In this document: piece by piece, positions 46,957-58,900 of the stretch
Numbering within the stretch: position 1 is the first letter of the stretch
Layout of the letters: every line of letters starts with the position of its first letter
Source: Pristiophorus japonicus
Lineage: Eukaryota
Assembly: GCF_044704955.1 (NCBI RefSeq)
Contig: NC_091995.1
Location: forward strand, 26,474,001-26,538,000
Direction: 5' to 3'
DNA length: 64,000 bases
Made by a program: the position numbers and the translations under genes
The notes under the pieces: model-generated
Databases searched by the model: none
What the model saw: the letters and a program-made list of their open reading frames with translations, nothing else
Told to the model about the DNA's origin: nothing

Positions 46957-48350
46957 ATGAACGAGACGAGGCCGCTTATTGAAAGCGGTGAAATGGTTAA
47001 TGGGACAGCAGGCCCGGGCCCTGCTCAGGTAGCACAGGATCATTGTACCTGGGGCAGTGGGATCTCTCCAGAGCACATGGAGCTGGGGCTGGAGATAGCG
47101 AGAGACGGAGATGGACCCGGGCCCAGGCCTCTGTCGGTCTGCACACTCTGCCCATTATTTTACTGATACCTGACTCGATGTGTTTTTGAAGAAACCATAT
47201 TGACTGAATGCTGAATTTATCATTTTAAATGTGAAATCATTACTTTTATTTGTTAACCATCTGATAATCTTTATTTTGAAATGTCTTTGAAATAATTTCG
47301 CCACTTGGTTCTGGTCACTTCCGCTGCAAACCCAAACCCCGGATCACATGAGAAGCTTCCCTCCGTTTCATTTGGTCCTGCTCCGTGTCGCTTTATTGTG
47401 ATACTGGGGCCACCCGGAGCTCACTTTGTGCAGAGAAATAAATCTTTTTCAATTCACCAACTTTTTATCTTTCATCAGTTATTTCCGTTGCGCGATTTTC
47501 TCTGCATTTCTAGAACAACAACTTGCATTTATATATTTATATATTTATTCACATAGTAAAATGTTCCAATGCGCTTCACAGGAACGTTATCAAACATTTT
47601 ACACCCACCCACATATGGAGATATTAGGGAAGACTTGGTCAAAGAGCGTCTTAAAGGAGTAAAGAGAAGTAATGATACATAGAGGTTTCGGGAGGGAATT
47701 CTAGAGCTTAGGGCCTTGGCAGCTGAAGCACAGCCGCCAATGGTTGAGGAAATTTAAAATGGAGGGATTTGAATACAAGGATGAGAATTTTAAAATTGAG
47801 ACATTGCATAACTAGGAGCCAATGTAGATCAGCGAGCACAGAGGTGATGGGAGAATGGGACGTGGTGCGAGTTTGGACATGGGGAGCCAAAGATTGGATG
47901 GCCTCAAATTTACGGAGGCCGGCAGGAGTGCATTGGAACAGTCAAGTCCAGAGGTAATAAGGGCATGAATGAGAGTTTTAGTAGCAGATGAGCTGAGACA
48001 GGGGCCGAGTCGAGCGATGTTCCAGAGGTGGAAATAGGTGGTCTTAGTGATGGCGTGGATAAAAGTAACTCTACTTCTTAGTTCCCGTGAGACCTTGTGA
48101 ATGTTTTGCTGACTGTGTTAAATCGGGGCTGAGATCTTCAGTCCATTCAGTCGGGCTCCAGTGAACAGGTAGATTCCCCCTCACCACCTGCCCTCCAGTT
48201 ACTGTTCCACACTGGGAGTTACCTCAACCTCGAACTGTAGCTGGGATTTATTAATGAATTAACCAATCTCCCACAAGTCTTTATTTAATGATAGATGTTC
48301 ACGTCTTGTCACGTGGAGCTGTGGCTGGAGGTAGACATAGAGATGGAGAA
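46957..48350 (+). pseudogene. Ig receptor copy F remnant (upstream block, promoter, truncated exon 1 with TTG at 47426, intron-1 block 48075-48295)
   Basis: Homology to 20960-21830. Interrupted by an L2 fragment. Confidence 0.8.
47512..48060 (-). mobile_element. L2 LINE 3' fragment
   Basis: SPITSVLADLHWLLV.QCLNFKILILVFKSLH, the typical L2 ORF2 C-terminal motif. Confidence 0.85.
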
Positions 48351-49356
48351 GGTGCAGATTCTATCTTCCACTCAAGTGTGCCAAGCTGAAGGGAATGTTG
48401 TTCCGTTTAGTTTTCCCGACACTTTCGATAGTCACGGCCCAATACTCTGGAAACTTCGGCAATTTGTTGGTGAAACACAGCATTCCGTGAGTTACTTTTA
48501 TTCCCCAGTTATCCAGCTTTAGATATCGGGCTTAGTTCCCAAGGCTCCGTGACCAGGCAGTGGTTGTAGCATGACAATTATTTAGAGTTCGGGGGGGGGG
48601 CCGCGGGAGAATCAGACCTCCAGTGACCCCTCCCTCTGGGAGAAGAAGCTCTGTTCCTACCCCAGGGAGTGGCCGGGAGATCGGTATTCATGGGCAGAAG
48701 CCGTGTTCCTGGGGCACTGTGTCAGTGAACAAACCCACTGCCTCAGCACACACCTGCCCGATTGTAGCAACTGTATTTTTACATTCCCGACCTCAAATCG
48801 AGATTTATCCAGCTCAGATCATTTCAATGACAATTTATTTTACTTCCACTTCTGTCAAATGGCAAACAGCACAACACATACAGATCCGTCTGACTCAGAG
48901 GGAAGGGTGCTTTCCAATGAAGCACAGCTGACAAGTGTGATACTGAGCTATACAGATTAGGGAAATCTCAGGTGGGGACCCTGATCTGTGTAAATAAGCT
49001 GCTAAATTGTGGGGCCACGGGAAAATGGGTCTCGGTGTCTAACAGCTTAGGGAGGGTAACTATTGAGCCAGGGTGCGTAGCACAGATTGCAATCCAGTCA
49101 CTGCTGATGGCCAGCCCATGTGTGGACATGGAGTCAGGGCAGGATCGGGTGTAGGTGTGAGGCCCTCATGGTCAATCAGCCCACCAGCACTCACTGTCCA
49201 GGCTCAGACACGTACAGCCTCACTTGGGTGAGGGACTGTGGACAGCTGCTCTGAGAGGAAGCAGATCTCAGAGAGAGTCGGTGATTTCAGCAGAGCAACA
49301 AGAAAACCAGAGCAAATAATGATTCACTAGGGGCAAAATCTCCTGCTTCCAATTCC

Positions 49357-49468
49357 TTCCCGTCAGTGCCCACCCTCCCCGGACCCTCCCAGTCAGTGCC
49401 CAGCCTCCCAGGACCCTCCCCGTCAGTACCCACCCTCCCTGGACCCTCCCAGTCAGTGCCCACCCTCT
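49357..49468. repeat. 30-bp tandem repeat (CCCGTCAGTGCCCACCCTCCCCGGACCCT), ~3.5 copies
   Basis: Direct reading. Confidence 0.85.
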
Positions 49469-49664
49469 AATAACTCCTCACAGCACGGGTTAGAAACAGA
49501 GTTAGGTTCCTTCTACATTGTCCCCAAAACATGCCTACTCCCAGGTAGCACCATCCTTCTGCCTTTTTACAAGTAACCTGTGCATGTGAGAACCCTACTG
49601 GCGGCAGGCCGAGGACACTCAACCGATCAGCCTGAGGTTAGATCCTAGAGGTCAAAGTGTCAGT

Positions 49665-50110
49665 CAGTGGCCCAGTGGGTAACACTCTCCCCTCAGTTCG
49701 ATGGTTGTAGGTTCAAATCCCACTATCGAGACTTGAGCGCAAATATCTTGGCCGACACTCCCAGCGCCAGTACTGAGGGAGCACTGCACTGTCAGAGCGC
49801 CGAATTTAGATGAGATGTTAAACCAAGGCCCCGTCTGCCCTCTCTGGTGGACGTAAAAGCCCCCATGGCACTACTTCAAAGAAGAGTAGGGGAATTATCC
49901 CCGGTGTCCTAGTCAATATTTATCCTTCAACCAACATCACTAAAAATGATTATCTGGTCGTTATCATATAGCTGTTTGTGGGAGCTTTGCTATGCGCAAA
50001 TTGGCTGCCGTGTTTCTTATATTACAACAGTGACTACACTCCAAATGTACTTCATTGGCTGTAAAATGCTACGGGACATCCTGAGGTCATGAGAGGCACA
50101 AGTCTTTCTT
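49665..50110 (+). mobile_element. DeuSINE-type tRNA-headed SINE, full length
   Basis: A-box-like GTGGCCCAGTGG (49667), B-box GGTTCAAATCCC (49710-49721), central core and L2-type tail. Confidence 0.85.
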
Positions 50111-50944
50111 TCTAAAGGCAAACATTTGCGAGTCGTGGCTCTCATCTACACTAGTTACTGTGCCACCTAACTTAGTGTCGTCAGCAAACCTGGATATACA
50201 GCTCTTTTGGGATGGAAGTTCAGTCTGTCGCCGCCCTGTTCGCGCCCCGGAGGAGCAGTAATGGTGGTGGATATCATTTTCGGGTGGGCGGCCAACTTGC
50301 AGCGCCCCACCGGGACATTCGCTGCTGGTTTTGCGGGGGTGCGGTGTATTACCGTCCGGGAGAGGTGAGCCGGTGTGCAAAGCCCCCGGTTGCTACACCG
50401 GTCTTCGATTTGTTTTCTGGGGGACCCTAGTGGGACGGCCTGGGACAGCGGACAGTCTGAGCTGTACTAGCGGCAGTAAGGGAAGGAATGTCTACCTGAG
50501 GTAAGTGCGCTGGTCTTTAATTTTTTTAATTTGGTGATTTATGTTTATGCGGTGTCAGTCAGGTATTGGGAATATATTTGGTGTTACTTTGCTGATTATT
50601 TCCCCCCCAGGGAAGCCTCTCTTAGGACACTCCAAGGCTGGCTCTTTCGGTTAGTCCACGATGATGACACATTATTTAAAATTATATTTAAATAGTACAA
50701 TTCAACCATGTTCCCGCTTGTTAAAGGGGCTCAAACACTGGGACCTGCAAGTTAACCAAACACGTTTCAGAAAACCGAACAAAGCAAATCACACACAGTA
50801 TTACAGGTGGGTTTTAATCATTACACAAACAGTGGCAGCTGTGTAAATGAATCCGCTTCCCCCCATAGCAACAGATGCTGCTAACTTTGACCCTTCTCAG
50901 AGCCTTTGATAATAATCTTCAAATGTTCACCAGCTGTTGCCCAA

Positions 50945-51249
50945 TCTCGGCCTTTTGGCTAAGATCTGCATAACTAACCTGACCAGCCACCATGACTTCC
51001 GGGTGGTTTCTCCCTGGTCAGGAAGGTATATGCTTACATTTTTGTAAACAGGAGGTGGGTGGGATGGCCCATCCACCTCCATGGCACGAACCTGGTATTG
51101 CAGTACTTCCAGGAACGGTGCAGTGGCTCTAGGCCTTTTGGCTAAGAGCATTGGCGCAGAGTGATCCTTGACTGGTGCAGGGTGACCTCTGGCGTTTGTG
51201 ACTTGACAAAGAATTGGAAACGATTGGCTACGAATTTATAAAAAAAAAA
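50945..51249 (+). mobile_element. U2(/U1) snRNA-derived poly(A)-tailed retroposed element (SINEU-like, or a retrocopy of a variant snRNA)
   Basis: TCTCGGCCTTTTGGCTAAGATC matches U2 nt 7-28. Sm site ATTTTTG at 51038. ACCTGGTATTGCAGTACTTCCAGGAACGGTGCA matches the U2 3' stem-loop IV. Second U2 stem-loop I at 51126-51149. A-tail at 51240-51249. Absent from the paralogous site at ~58805. Confidence 0.85.
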
Positions 51250-51584
51250 TAAACACAATATAATTAACAATAAAAGTATGTAACTTAAAGTAACTATAAT
51301 CTGCTGTGCTTTTTGGACAGACAGCTGTCCGTCCAGCCCCGAAGCGCCCCCGCCGTCCTTCACTTTTTGACTGACAGGCGACAAGACCCGCCCCTGTCAA
51401 GCTCCACACCCCCCCCGGCCCCGAATCATTGCCCACCTGGTGCCGAGATGTAGGACCTGAGCCCCATACTCCGCTGATTCCCTCGGTGACTCGCTCCCCC
51501 CAGGACTCGCTAGGCCGACCGGGCCTCCCGCTGAGCTACGAGCCCTGAGCGGCGGGCAGTCAGGAGTCGGAGGGCTTTGGTGCC

Positions 51585-52968
51585 GAGAGAGAGAGAGGTA
51601 GGGGGTAGGGAGGGAGAGAGAGAGAGAGAGAGAGAGGCGTGGGAGTGGGGATGGAGAGAGAGAGAGAGAGAGGGTGGGGAGGGAGAGAGAGAGAGGGTGG
51701 GTAGGGAGGGAGAGAGAGAGAGGGTGGGTAGGGAGGGGGAGAGATAGGCGAGGGGTGGGGAGGGAGAGAGAGAGGCGTTGGGGTTGGAGGAAGAGGAGAG
51801 AGGCGTGGGGTGGGTAGGGAGAGAGAGAGGCAGTGGGTGGGGAGGGAGAGGAGCGAGGCAGGGGGTGGGGAGAGAGAGGCTGGGGGTGGATGAAAGAGAG
51901 GTTGGGGAGGGGGAGGGAGAGAGAGGCAGTGGGTGGGGGGAGGGAGAGGAGAGAGGCAGTGGTTGGGGAGGGAGAGGCAGTGGTTGGGGAGGGAGAGGCA
52001 GTGGGTGGGGGGAGAGAGAGGCAGTGGGTGGGGAGGGAGAGAGAGAGGCAGTGGGTGGGGAGGGAGAGAGAGAGGCAGTGGGTGGGGAGGGAGAGGGGAG
52101 AGGCTGGGGGTGGATGAGAGGGAGAGGCGGGGGGTGGGGAGAGAGAGGCAGTGGGTGGGGGGAGAGAGAGGCAGTGGGTGGGGAGGGAGAGAGAGAGGCA
52201 GTGGGTGGGGAGGGAGAGGGGAGAGGCTGGGGGTGGATGAGAGGGAGAGGCGGGGGGTGGGGAGAGAGAGCGGGGCAGTGGGTGGGGGGAGGGAGAGGAG
52301 AGAGGCAGTGGGTGGGGGGAGGGAGAGGAGAGAGGCAGTGGGTGGGGGGAGGGAGAGGCAGTGGGTGGGGAGGGAGAGAAAGAGGCAGTGGGTGGAGAGG
52401 GGAGAGGCTGGGGGTGGATGAAAGAGAGAGGCAGTGGGTGGGGAGGGAGAGAAAGAGGCAGTGGGTGGAGAGGGGAGAGGCTGGGGGTGGATGAGAGGGA
52501 GAGGCGGGGGGTGGGGAGAGAGAGAGGCAGTGGGTGGGGGGAGGGAGAGAGGCAGTAGGTGGGGGGAGGGAGAGGAGAGAGGCAGTGGGTGGGGGGAGGG
52601 AGAGGCAGTGGGTGGGGGGAGGGAGAGGAGAGAGGCAGTGGGTGGGGGGAGGGAGAGGCAGTGGGTGGGGAGGGAGAGAAAGAGGCAGTGGGTGGAGAGG
52701 GGAGAGGCTGGGGGTGGATGAAAGAGAGAGGCGGGGGGTGGGGAGGGAGAGAGAGAGAGTCAGTGGGTGGGGAGGGAGAGGAGAGAGGCAGTGGGTGGGG
52801 AGGGAGAGGGGAGAGGCTGGGGGTGGATGAGAGAGAGAGGCGGGGGGTGGGGAGGGAGAGAGAGAGGCAGTGGGTGGGGAGAGAGAGGCGGGGGGTGGAA
52901 GAGAGAGAGAGACTGTGGGGTGAGGGGGAGAGAGCGAGAGACTGTGGGGTGAGGGGGAGAGAGCGAGA
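51585..52968. repeat. G/A-rich minisatellite (GAGAGGCAGTGGGTGGGGAGG-type units)
   Basis: Direct reading. Confidence 0.92.
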
Positions 52969-54947
52969 GGTTGGAGGGGTGGCCGGGAGTTGGTAGCGGG
53001 GAGGGTGTGGTACCCCAATCGTCATCCCTGACGTTGAAGCCGGGGGACTTGGAGCTGTTTTTCGGCCCGGTCTCGCCATGCCTCCCGGTGCCTGGGGCAG
53101 AGGTGGACGCCCGTCCTCTGCCGCTTCCCGACCCGGCATCCCAGGAGGAGCTTAGGAGGGACTCCTCTGCCGACGATCCTGGGGGTGGGATCGGGGTGGA
53201 GGTAGGGCCGGATGGTGTGGCCGGGCCGTTTGCCGTATCCCATGGGTCGACGGAGCGGCTGCTGGCGGCGACCTCCCGGAGGGGGACGGGGACTCATTGG
53301 GGAGTGCGGGAGAAGATTTGGAGTCCATCGCCAGTGAGGTGGTGGATCTCCTTGTGCCCGCCGCCGAGTCCCCCCTCACTCCTGCCAAGGAACTCCAGGA
53401 CTTTTTGGCGCAATGCCAGGGTCGCCGCAACAGAGCCCATCTGGCCCTGGACAAATGGCCCGAGCCGGCGCTGCTCATCAGGTCCATCCGCGCCGCCGTT
53501 AAAACCATGGCCGCGGTCGGGCTCTTATCAAAACCGGAAAGCCTTGAGCTGCCCCAGCTCACAACGTTCCTTGTTGGGTTGCTTAAGGAGTAGAGGTCAT
53601 CAAACAACTTCACTCCCCCCCCCCCCTCCTATCCCCACCATAGTTTAAGGTAGAGATTGCACTATGCTCTTGTCATGAAGATAACCATAGCCAGCCTCAA
53701 CATCAATAGCGGCAGAGAGGCAGGTCGTAGATTTAACAATTTTTCGCACATTTGCGGTGTGCTTCCTGCAAGAAACCCACACCGTTCCGGGAGACAAGAC
53801 CACGTGGCTCCTGGAATGGCAACGAGAGGTCCGCATGAGCCACCTCACTGCCACTTCTTGTGAGGTGGCTATCTTGCTGGCCCCACATTTTCAGCCAAAG
53901 ATCTTGGGAGTCGAGGAGCCTGTGCCAGGCCCTTGCTCCATGTCATGGTTCGCCTGGGGGACGTGCCGCACCATTTAGTGAACGTGTACAGCCCCCAGCC
54001 CGGCCCGCAGCAAGTGCACTTCTTCGAAGAAGTGTCCATTCTTCTAGGTTCCGTCGACGTCGGCGACTACATTGTCCTCGGGGGGGATTTTAACTGCACC
54101 CTTGAGGCGAGGAACCGCTCCAGTGCCCCGCAGAGCATGACTGCGATAGAGAAGTTGAGCGACCTGTTCGGGTCCTTCGACTTGGTGGACGTCTGGCGAA
54201 ATCTCCATCCCGACTCCAGCGCCTTTACTTGGGTGAGGCCTGGAAGAGGATGGTCCAGAATCGACCGCCTTTACGTGTCTCGGGCGTACGTCTCCTGCGT
54301 TCTGGCGGCCTCCATGTGGCCAGCGGCGTGTTCGGACCACCACCTGGTGCGGGCGGAGCTCGCTCCGCTCTGCGCGAGGACGGGGTCCGCGTACTGGCAC
54401 TTTAACAACCAGCTGCTGGAGGATGAGCGGTTCCAGGATTCGTTCCGTCGCTTCTGGGCCAACTGGAGAAGGAAGCAGGGGGGGGGCTTCCCCTCCTTGA
54501 GGTTAAGGTGGGACATCTCTTCTGTCAAAAGTATGCGAAAGGGTTGCCCGTGAGGCGGGTGGCCAGGGTGGGGTGCCTGGTGAAGGAGGTGCTCGACCAG
54601 GAAGCCCGTCTGGGTCAAGTCGTCGAGGACCCGGCCCTGCGGACGGTGTAGGAAGCGAAGAAGGCCGTGCTAAAGGACCTGCAGCTCGTCGGGTTCGGAG
54701 GCTCATTCGTGAGGTTGCGGATCTGGTTCCTTCGGGACCAAGACTGCGGCTCCCCCTTCTTCTATTCGCTAGAAAAAAGATAGGGGGTCCGTAAGCAGCT
54801 CTTGACGCTGTTGGCCGACGATGGATCCCTGGTCTCGGATCCGGAGGGCATCAGTATCAGGGCCCGAGAATATTACGGGGCTCTGTTCTCTCCGGATCCG
54901 TCCAGCGAGGAAGCGCGTAGTGTTTTGTGGGAGGACCTGCTGAAGGT

Positions 54948-56080
54948 CATAGAAACATAGAAAATAGGTGCAGGACTAGGCCATTCGGCCCTTCTAGCCT
55001 GCACCGCCATTCAATGAGTTCATGGCTGAACATTCAACTTCAGTACCCCATTCCTGCTTTCTCGCCATACCCCTTGATCCCCCTAGTAGTAAGGACCTCA
55101 TCTAACTCCTTTTTGAATATATTTAGTGAATTGGCCTCAACAACTTTCTGTGGTAGAGAATTCCACAGGTTCACCACTCTCTGGGTGAAGAAGTTCCTCC
55201 GCATCTCGGTCCTAAATGGCTTACCCCTTATCCTTAGACTGTGACCTCTGGTTCTGGACTTCCCCAACATTGAGAATATTCTTCCTGCATCTAACCTGTC
55301 TAACCCCGTCAGAATTTTAAATGTTTCTATGAGGTCCCCTCTCATTCTTCTGAACTCCAGTGAATACAAGCCCAGTTGATCCAGTCTTTCTTGATAGGTC
55401 AGTCCAGCCATCCCGGGAATCAGTCTGGTGAACCTTCGCTGCACTCCCTCAATAGCAAGAATGTCCTTCCTCAGGTTAGGAGACCAAAACTGTACACAAT
55501 ACTCCAGGTGTGGCCTCACCAATGCCCTGTACAACTGTAGCAACACCTCCCTGCCCCTGTACGCAAATCCCCTTGCTATGAAGGCCAACATGCCATTTGC
55601 TTTCTTAACCGCCTGCTGCACCTGCATGCCAACCTTCAATGACTGATGTACCATGACACCCAGGTCTCTTTGCACCTCCCCTTTTCCTAATCTGTCACCA
55701 TTCAGATAATAGTCTGTCTCTCTGTTTTTACCACCAAAGTGGATAACCTCACATTTATCCACATTATACTTCATCTGCCATGCATTTGCCCACTCACCTA
55801 ACCTATCCAAGTCGCTCTGCAGCCTCACAGCATCCTCCTCGCAGCTCACACTGCCACCCAATTTAGTGTCATCCGCAAATTTGGAGATACTACATTTAAT
55901 CCCCTCATCTAAATCATTAATGTACAGTGTAAACAGCTGGGGCCCCAGCACAGAACCTTGCGGTACCCCACTAGTCACTGCCTGCCATTCTGAAAAGTAC
56001 CCATTTACTCCTACTCTTTGCTTCCTGTCTGACAACCAGTTCTCAATCCACATCAGTACACTACCCCTAATCCCATGTGC
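54948..56080 (-). mobile_element. Young CR1 inserted into Tx1 ORF2
   Basis: Uninterrupted 337-aa ORF 55040-56053 (FADD) and CATAGAAACATAGAAA tail. The Tx1 sequence resumes on both sides (..GAAGGTCA | GCCCGGAG..). Confidence 0.95.
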
Positions 56081-58900
56081 CCGGAGGGAGCCGAAAATCT
56101 GGACACTCCGCTAAGCCTGGCGGAGCTGACCAGTGCCCTCGACCGGCTCTCGAGGGGAAAGTTCCCGGGGTTGGACGGGCTGACCGTGGAGTTCCACAGA
56201 TGTTCTGGGACATCTCGGGGGCGACTACGTGTGGGTCTGTGGGAAAGTCTGGCAACCAGGGAGATGCCCCTCTCTTGGCGCAGGGCAGTCATCGTCCTAA
56301 GAAGGTCGATCGCCGCCTACTTAAGAACTGGCGCCCGGCCTCCCTCCTCAGCACGGATTACAACATTTTTGCCAGGGTGATGTCTGCTCGCCTTGGCGCC
56401 GTGCTGGACCACATGATCCACCCCGACCAGACCTACACGGTCCCGGGCCGGACAATCCACGACAACATCCATCTGGTCCGGGACCATTCCCAGGAGGCTA
56501 GTCTGCCGGTTGCTTTCCTTTCCCTAGACCAGGAGAAGGCGTTCGATAGGGTGGTCACAAATATCTGTTCGGTACTCTGCGCGCTTTCGGATTCGGGACG
56601 CATTTTGTCGGCCGGATTCGACTTTTGTACGCCGCCGCGGAGTGTCTGATTAACGTTAATGGGTCCTTGATGGCGCCCCTTCGCTTTAGGAGAGGGGTGC
56701 ACCAGGGATGCCCCATGTCCGGCCAGTTATATGCCTTATGCGTGGAGCCTTTCCTGCGCCTCTTGCGGACGAGGTTGACGGGACTGGCTCTGCAAGGGCC
56801 GGGCGTGGAGGTCGTCCTCTCGGCTTACGCCGATGACGTGCTCCTCATGGTCGAGGATCCCGTTGAACTGCGGAGGAGTGAGTGCCAGGAGATTTACTCA
56901 GCCGCATCCTCCGCCAGGATCAATTCGGAGAACTGTTCCAGACTCCTGGTGGGTCAGTGGCCGGGTGGACTCCCTGCCGGAGGAGCTCAGGCCTTTTGCC
57001 TGGAGCACGACCCATCTCCTCTATCTGGGAGTCTACCTTAGCCCCGACGAGGGAGCCTGGCCGGCGAACTGGCAAGAGCTGGAGGCCAAGGTCGCCGCTC
57101 GCCTAGGGCGCTGGACAGGACTGCTCTGAGTGCTGTCCTACAGGGGTCGAGCGCAAGTCATAAATCAGCTGGTGGCCGCTATGCTGTGGTACCGGCTGGT
57201 CACTTTGACCCCTCCCCCTGCGTTTGTCGCCAAGATACAGAAGAAGCTGGTGGACTTCTTCTGGAACAACAAGAAGCACTGGGTCTCTGCCGCGGTTGTG
57301 AGTCTCCTGTTAGGGAGGGCGGTCAGGCGTTGGTGTGCGTCAGCGCCCAGCTAGCGACTTTCCGTCTTCAGACCCTGCAGAGACAACTCTACGTCGAGCC
57401 CCCTCCTAGGTGGCGTGCGCTGGCGACGTATTTCTTCCGCCAGCAGCACAGCCTCAACTACGACACGCAGCTCCTGTTTGTGAGCTCGGGGGGCATCAGG
57501 ACCGCCATCCAGGGGCTGCTGTCTTTTACCAGGAACTCATCAGGGTCTGGAACAGAGTCGCCACCAAGTGCAGCTCTCCCACTTCTGGAGTGGTGGCTGT
57601 CCCACAGGAGACATACCTCCACGACCGAGGTTTTAGGTGGCAGGCAGACGAGAGGGCTGTGGCTGGCGAGGTGACCAGGGTCAGGGACCTGCTCGATGGC
57701 GGAGGAGCGAGCTGGATGGCACCAGACGTGCTGGTACAGCGCCTAAACTGGGCTGATGTCCGGCACGCGGCCAATGCCATCGAGTCGCTAAAAACAGCTC
57801 TCGGCTCTGACTCCGTTAGGTACATCGAGGAGGCTCAAGCACGTGGGGCGATCCCATCCGAACTGACCCCACCTGGACGGAATTCCTTATCGGCGCCAAG
57901 CCCCGAAACCTCCCTTGGGAGCCGGCGCCTTAAAATCCCCTCCGTGCCTTTCAGTTCGGCGCAGAGGGGTTTCCTGTATGGGCTGCTCTTGCACACTCTC
58001 CACTTTGCACCACCTTGCCGTCCGGAGGAGGCGGGTGTCCCCGATAGAGTACACTCTACGCGGGAGTCCTCCCACGATTTATCGGGGACTTGGCCTGGAG
58101 CGTGGTGCACGGAGCATTCCCATGCAACAAATTTTCAAGCCGGTTCACGGGCTCCCAGGCCGCCTGCAATTTCTGCGGTCTGGAAGTGTCCGTGTTCCAC
58201 GTTTTTACTGAATGTGCGAGGTTGCAGCCCCTGTTCCATTATTTGAATGGGCTGCTCCTCAAATTCTGTTTGCACTTCAGTCCCACACTCCTGATTTTTG
58301 GGCACCCTGTGCGGAGGGGAGCGGGTAGGTCCGAGGACCTCCTCGTAGGACTGCTCCTGGGCACGGCCAAGGAGGCCATCAGCCGGACCAGACAGCAGGC
58401 GGTCGAGGGGGACGTTCAGCCCAACTGCCTGCCTCTCTTCCGCGTGTACATCCGAGCCAGGGTGTCCCTGGAGATGGAGCACGCGGTGTCCACCAGTACG
58501 CTCACGGCCTTCCGTGAGAGGTGGGCGCCAGAGGGACTGGAGTGCATCATCACCCCCGGCAACCAAATTTTAATTTGATCATTTAAGTTTAATTTGTTTA
58601 ATTTGCCGGTTTTAGTGCCCTCCCCATCACCGGCCCCCGCCTTTTAGTCAGGGGGCACTTGTATAATTTGTGTTTTTAGTGCCTTAAACTGCACCCCCTC
58701 CCCCATGGCAACAGATGCTGCTGACATTGACCCCTCTCGCTTTCACTATTTAAAGTGTGTCAGCGTCTTTGATGCTAATCTCCAGCTGTTCACCAACTAT
58801 CCCAATCAGCCAATGTAAACACAATATAATTAACAACAACATTATATAACTTAAAGTAACTATTTGTGCTGCACTTTTTGGACCGACAGCTGTCCATCCA

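Larger units (their letters stand above)
51337..58685 (+). mobile_element. Tx1-clade (L1 group) non-LTR retrotransposon, degenerate; ORF1 remnant and ORF2 53675-58578
   Basis: MKITIASLNIN, CFLQETH, VLGGDFN, SRIDR, CSDH, YWHFN (APE endonuclease); KNWRPASLL, LSLDQEKAFDRV, QGCPMS, SAYADDV (RT); CNFC..H....C zinc knuckle. The 5' boundary is uncertain (51337 or ~52965). Confidence 0.88.

Noticed and set aside
50945-51122. Canonical U2 snRNA gene
   Set aside because: Lacks the first 6 nt and the GUAGUA branch-recognition and stem II region, has a downstream body and A-tail, and is an insertion relative to the paralogous site.
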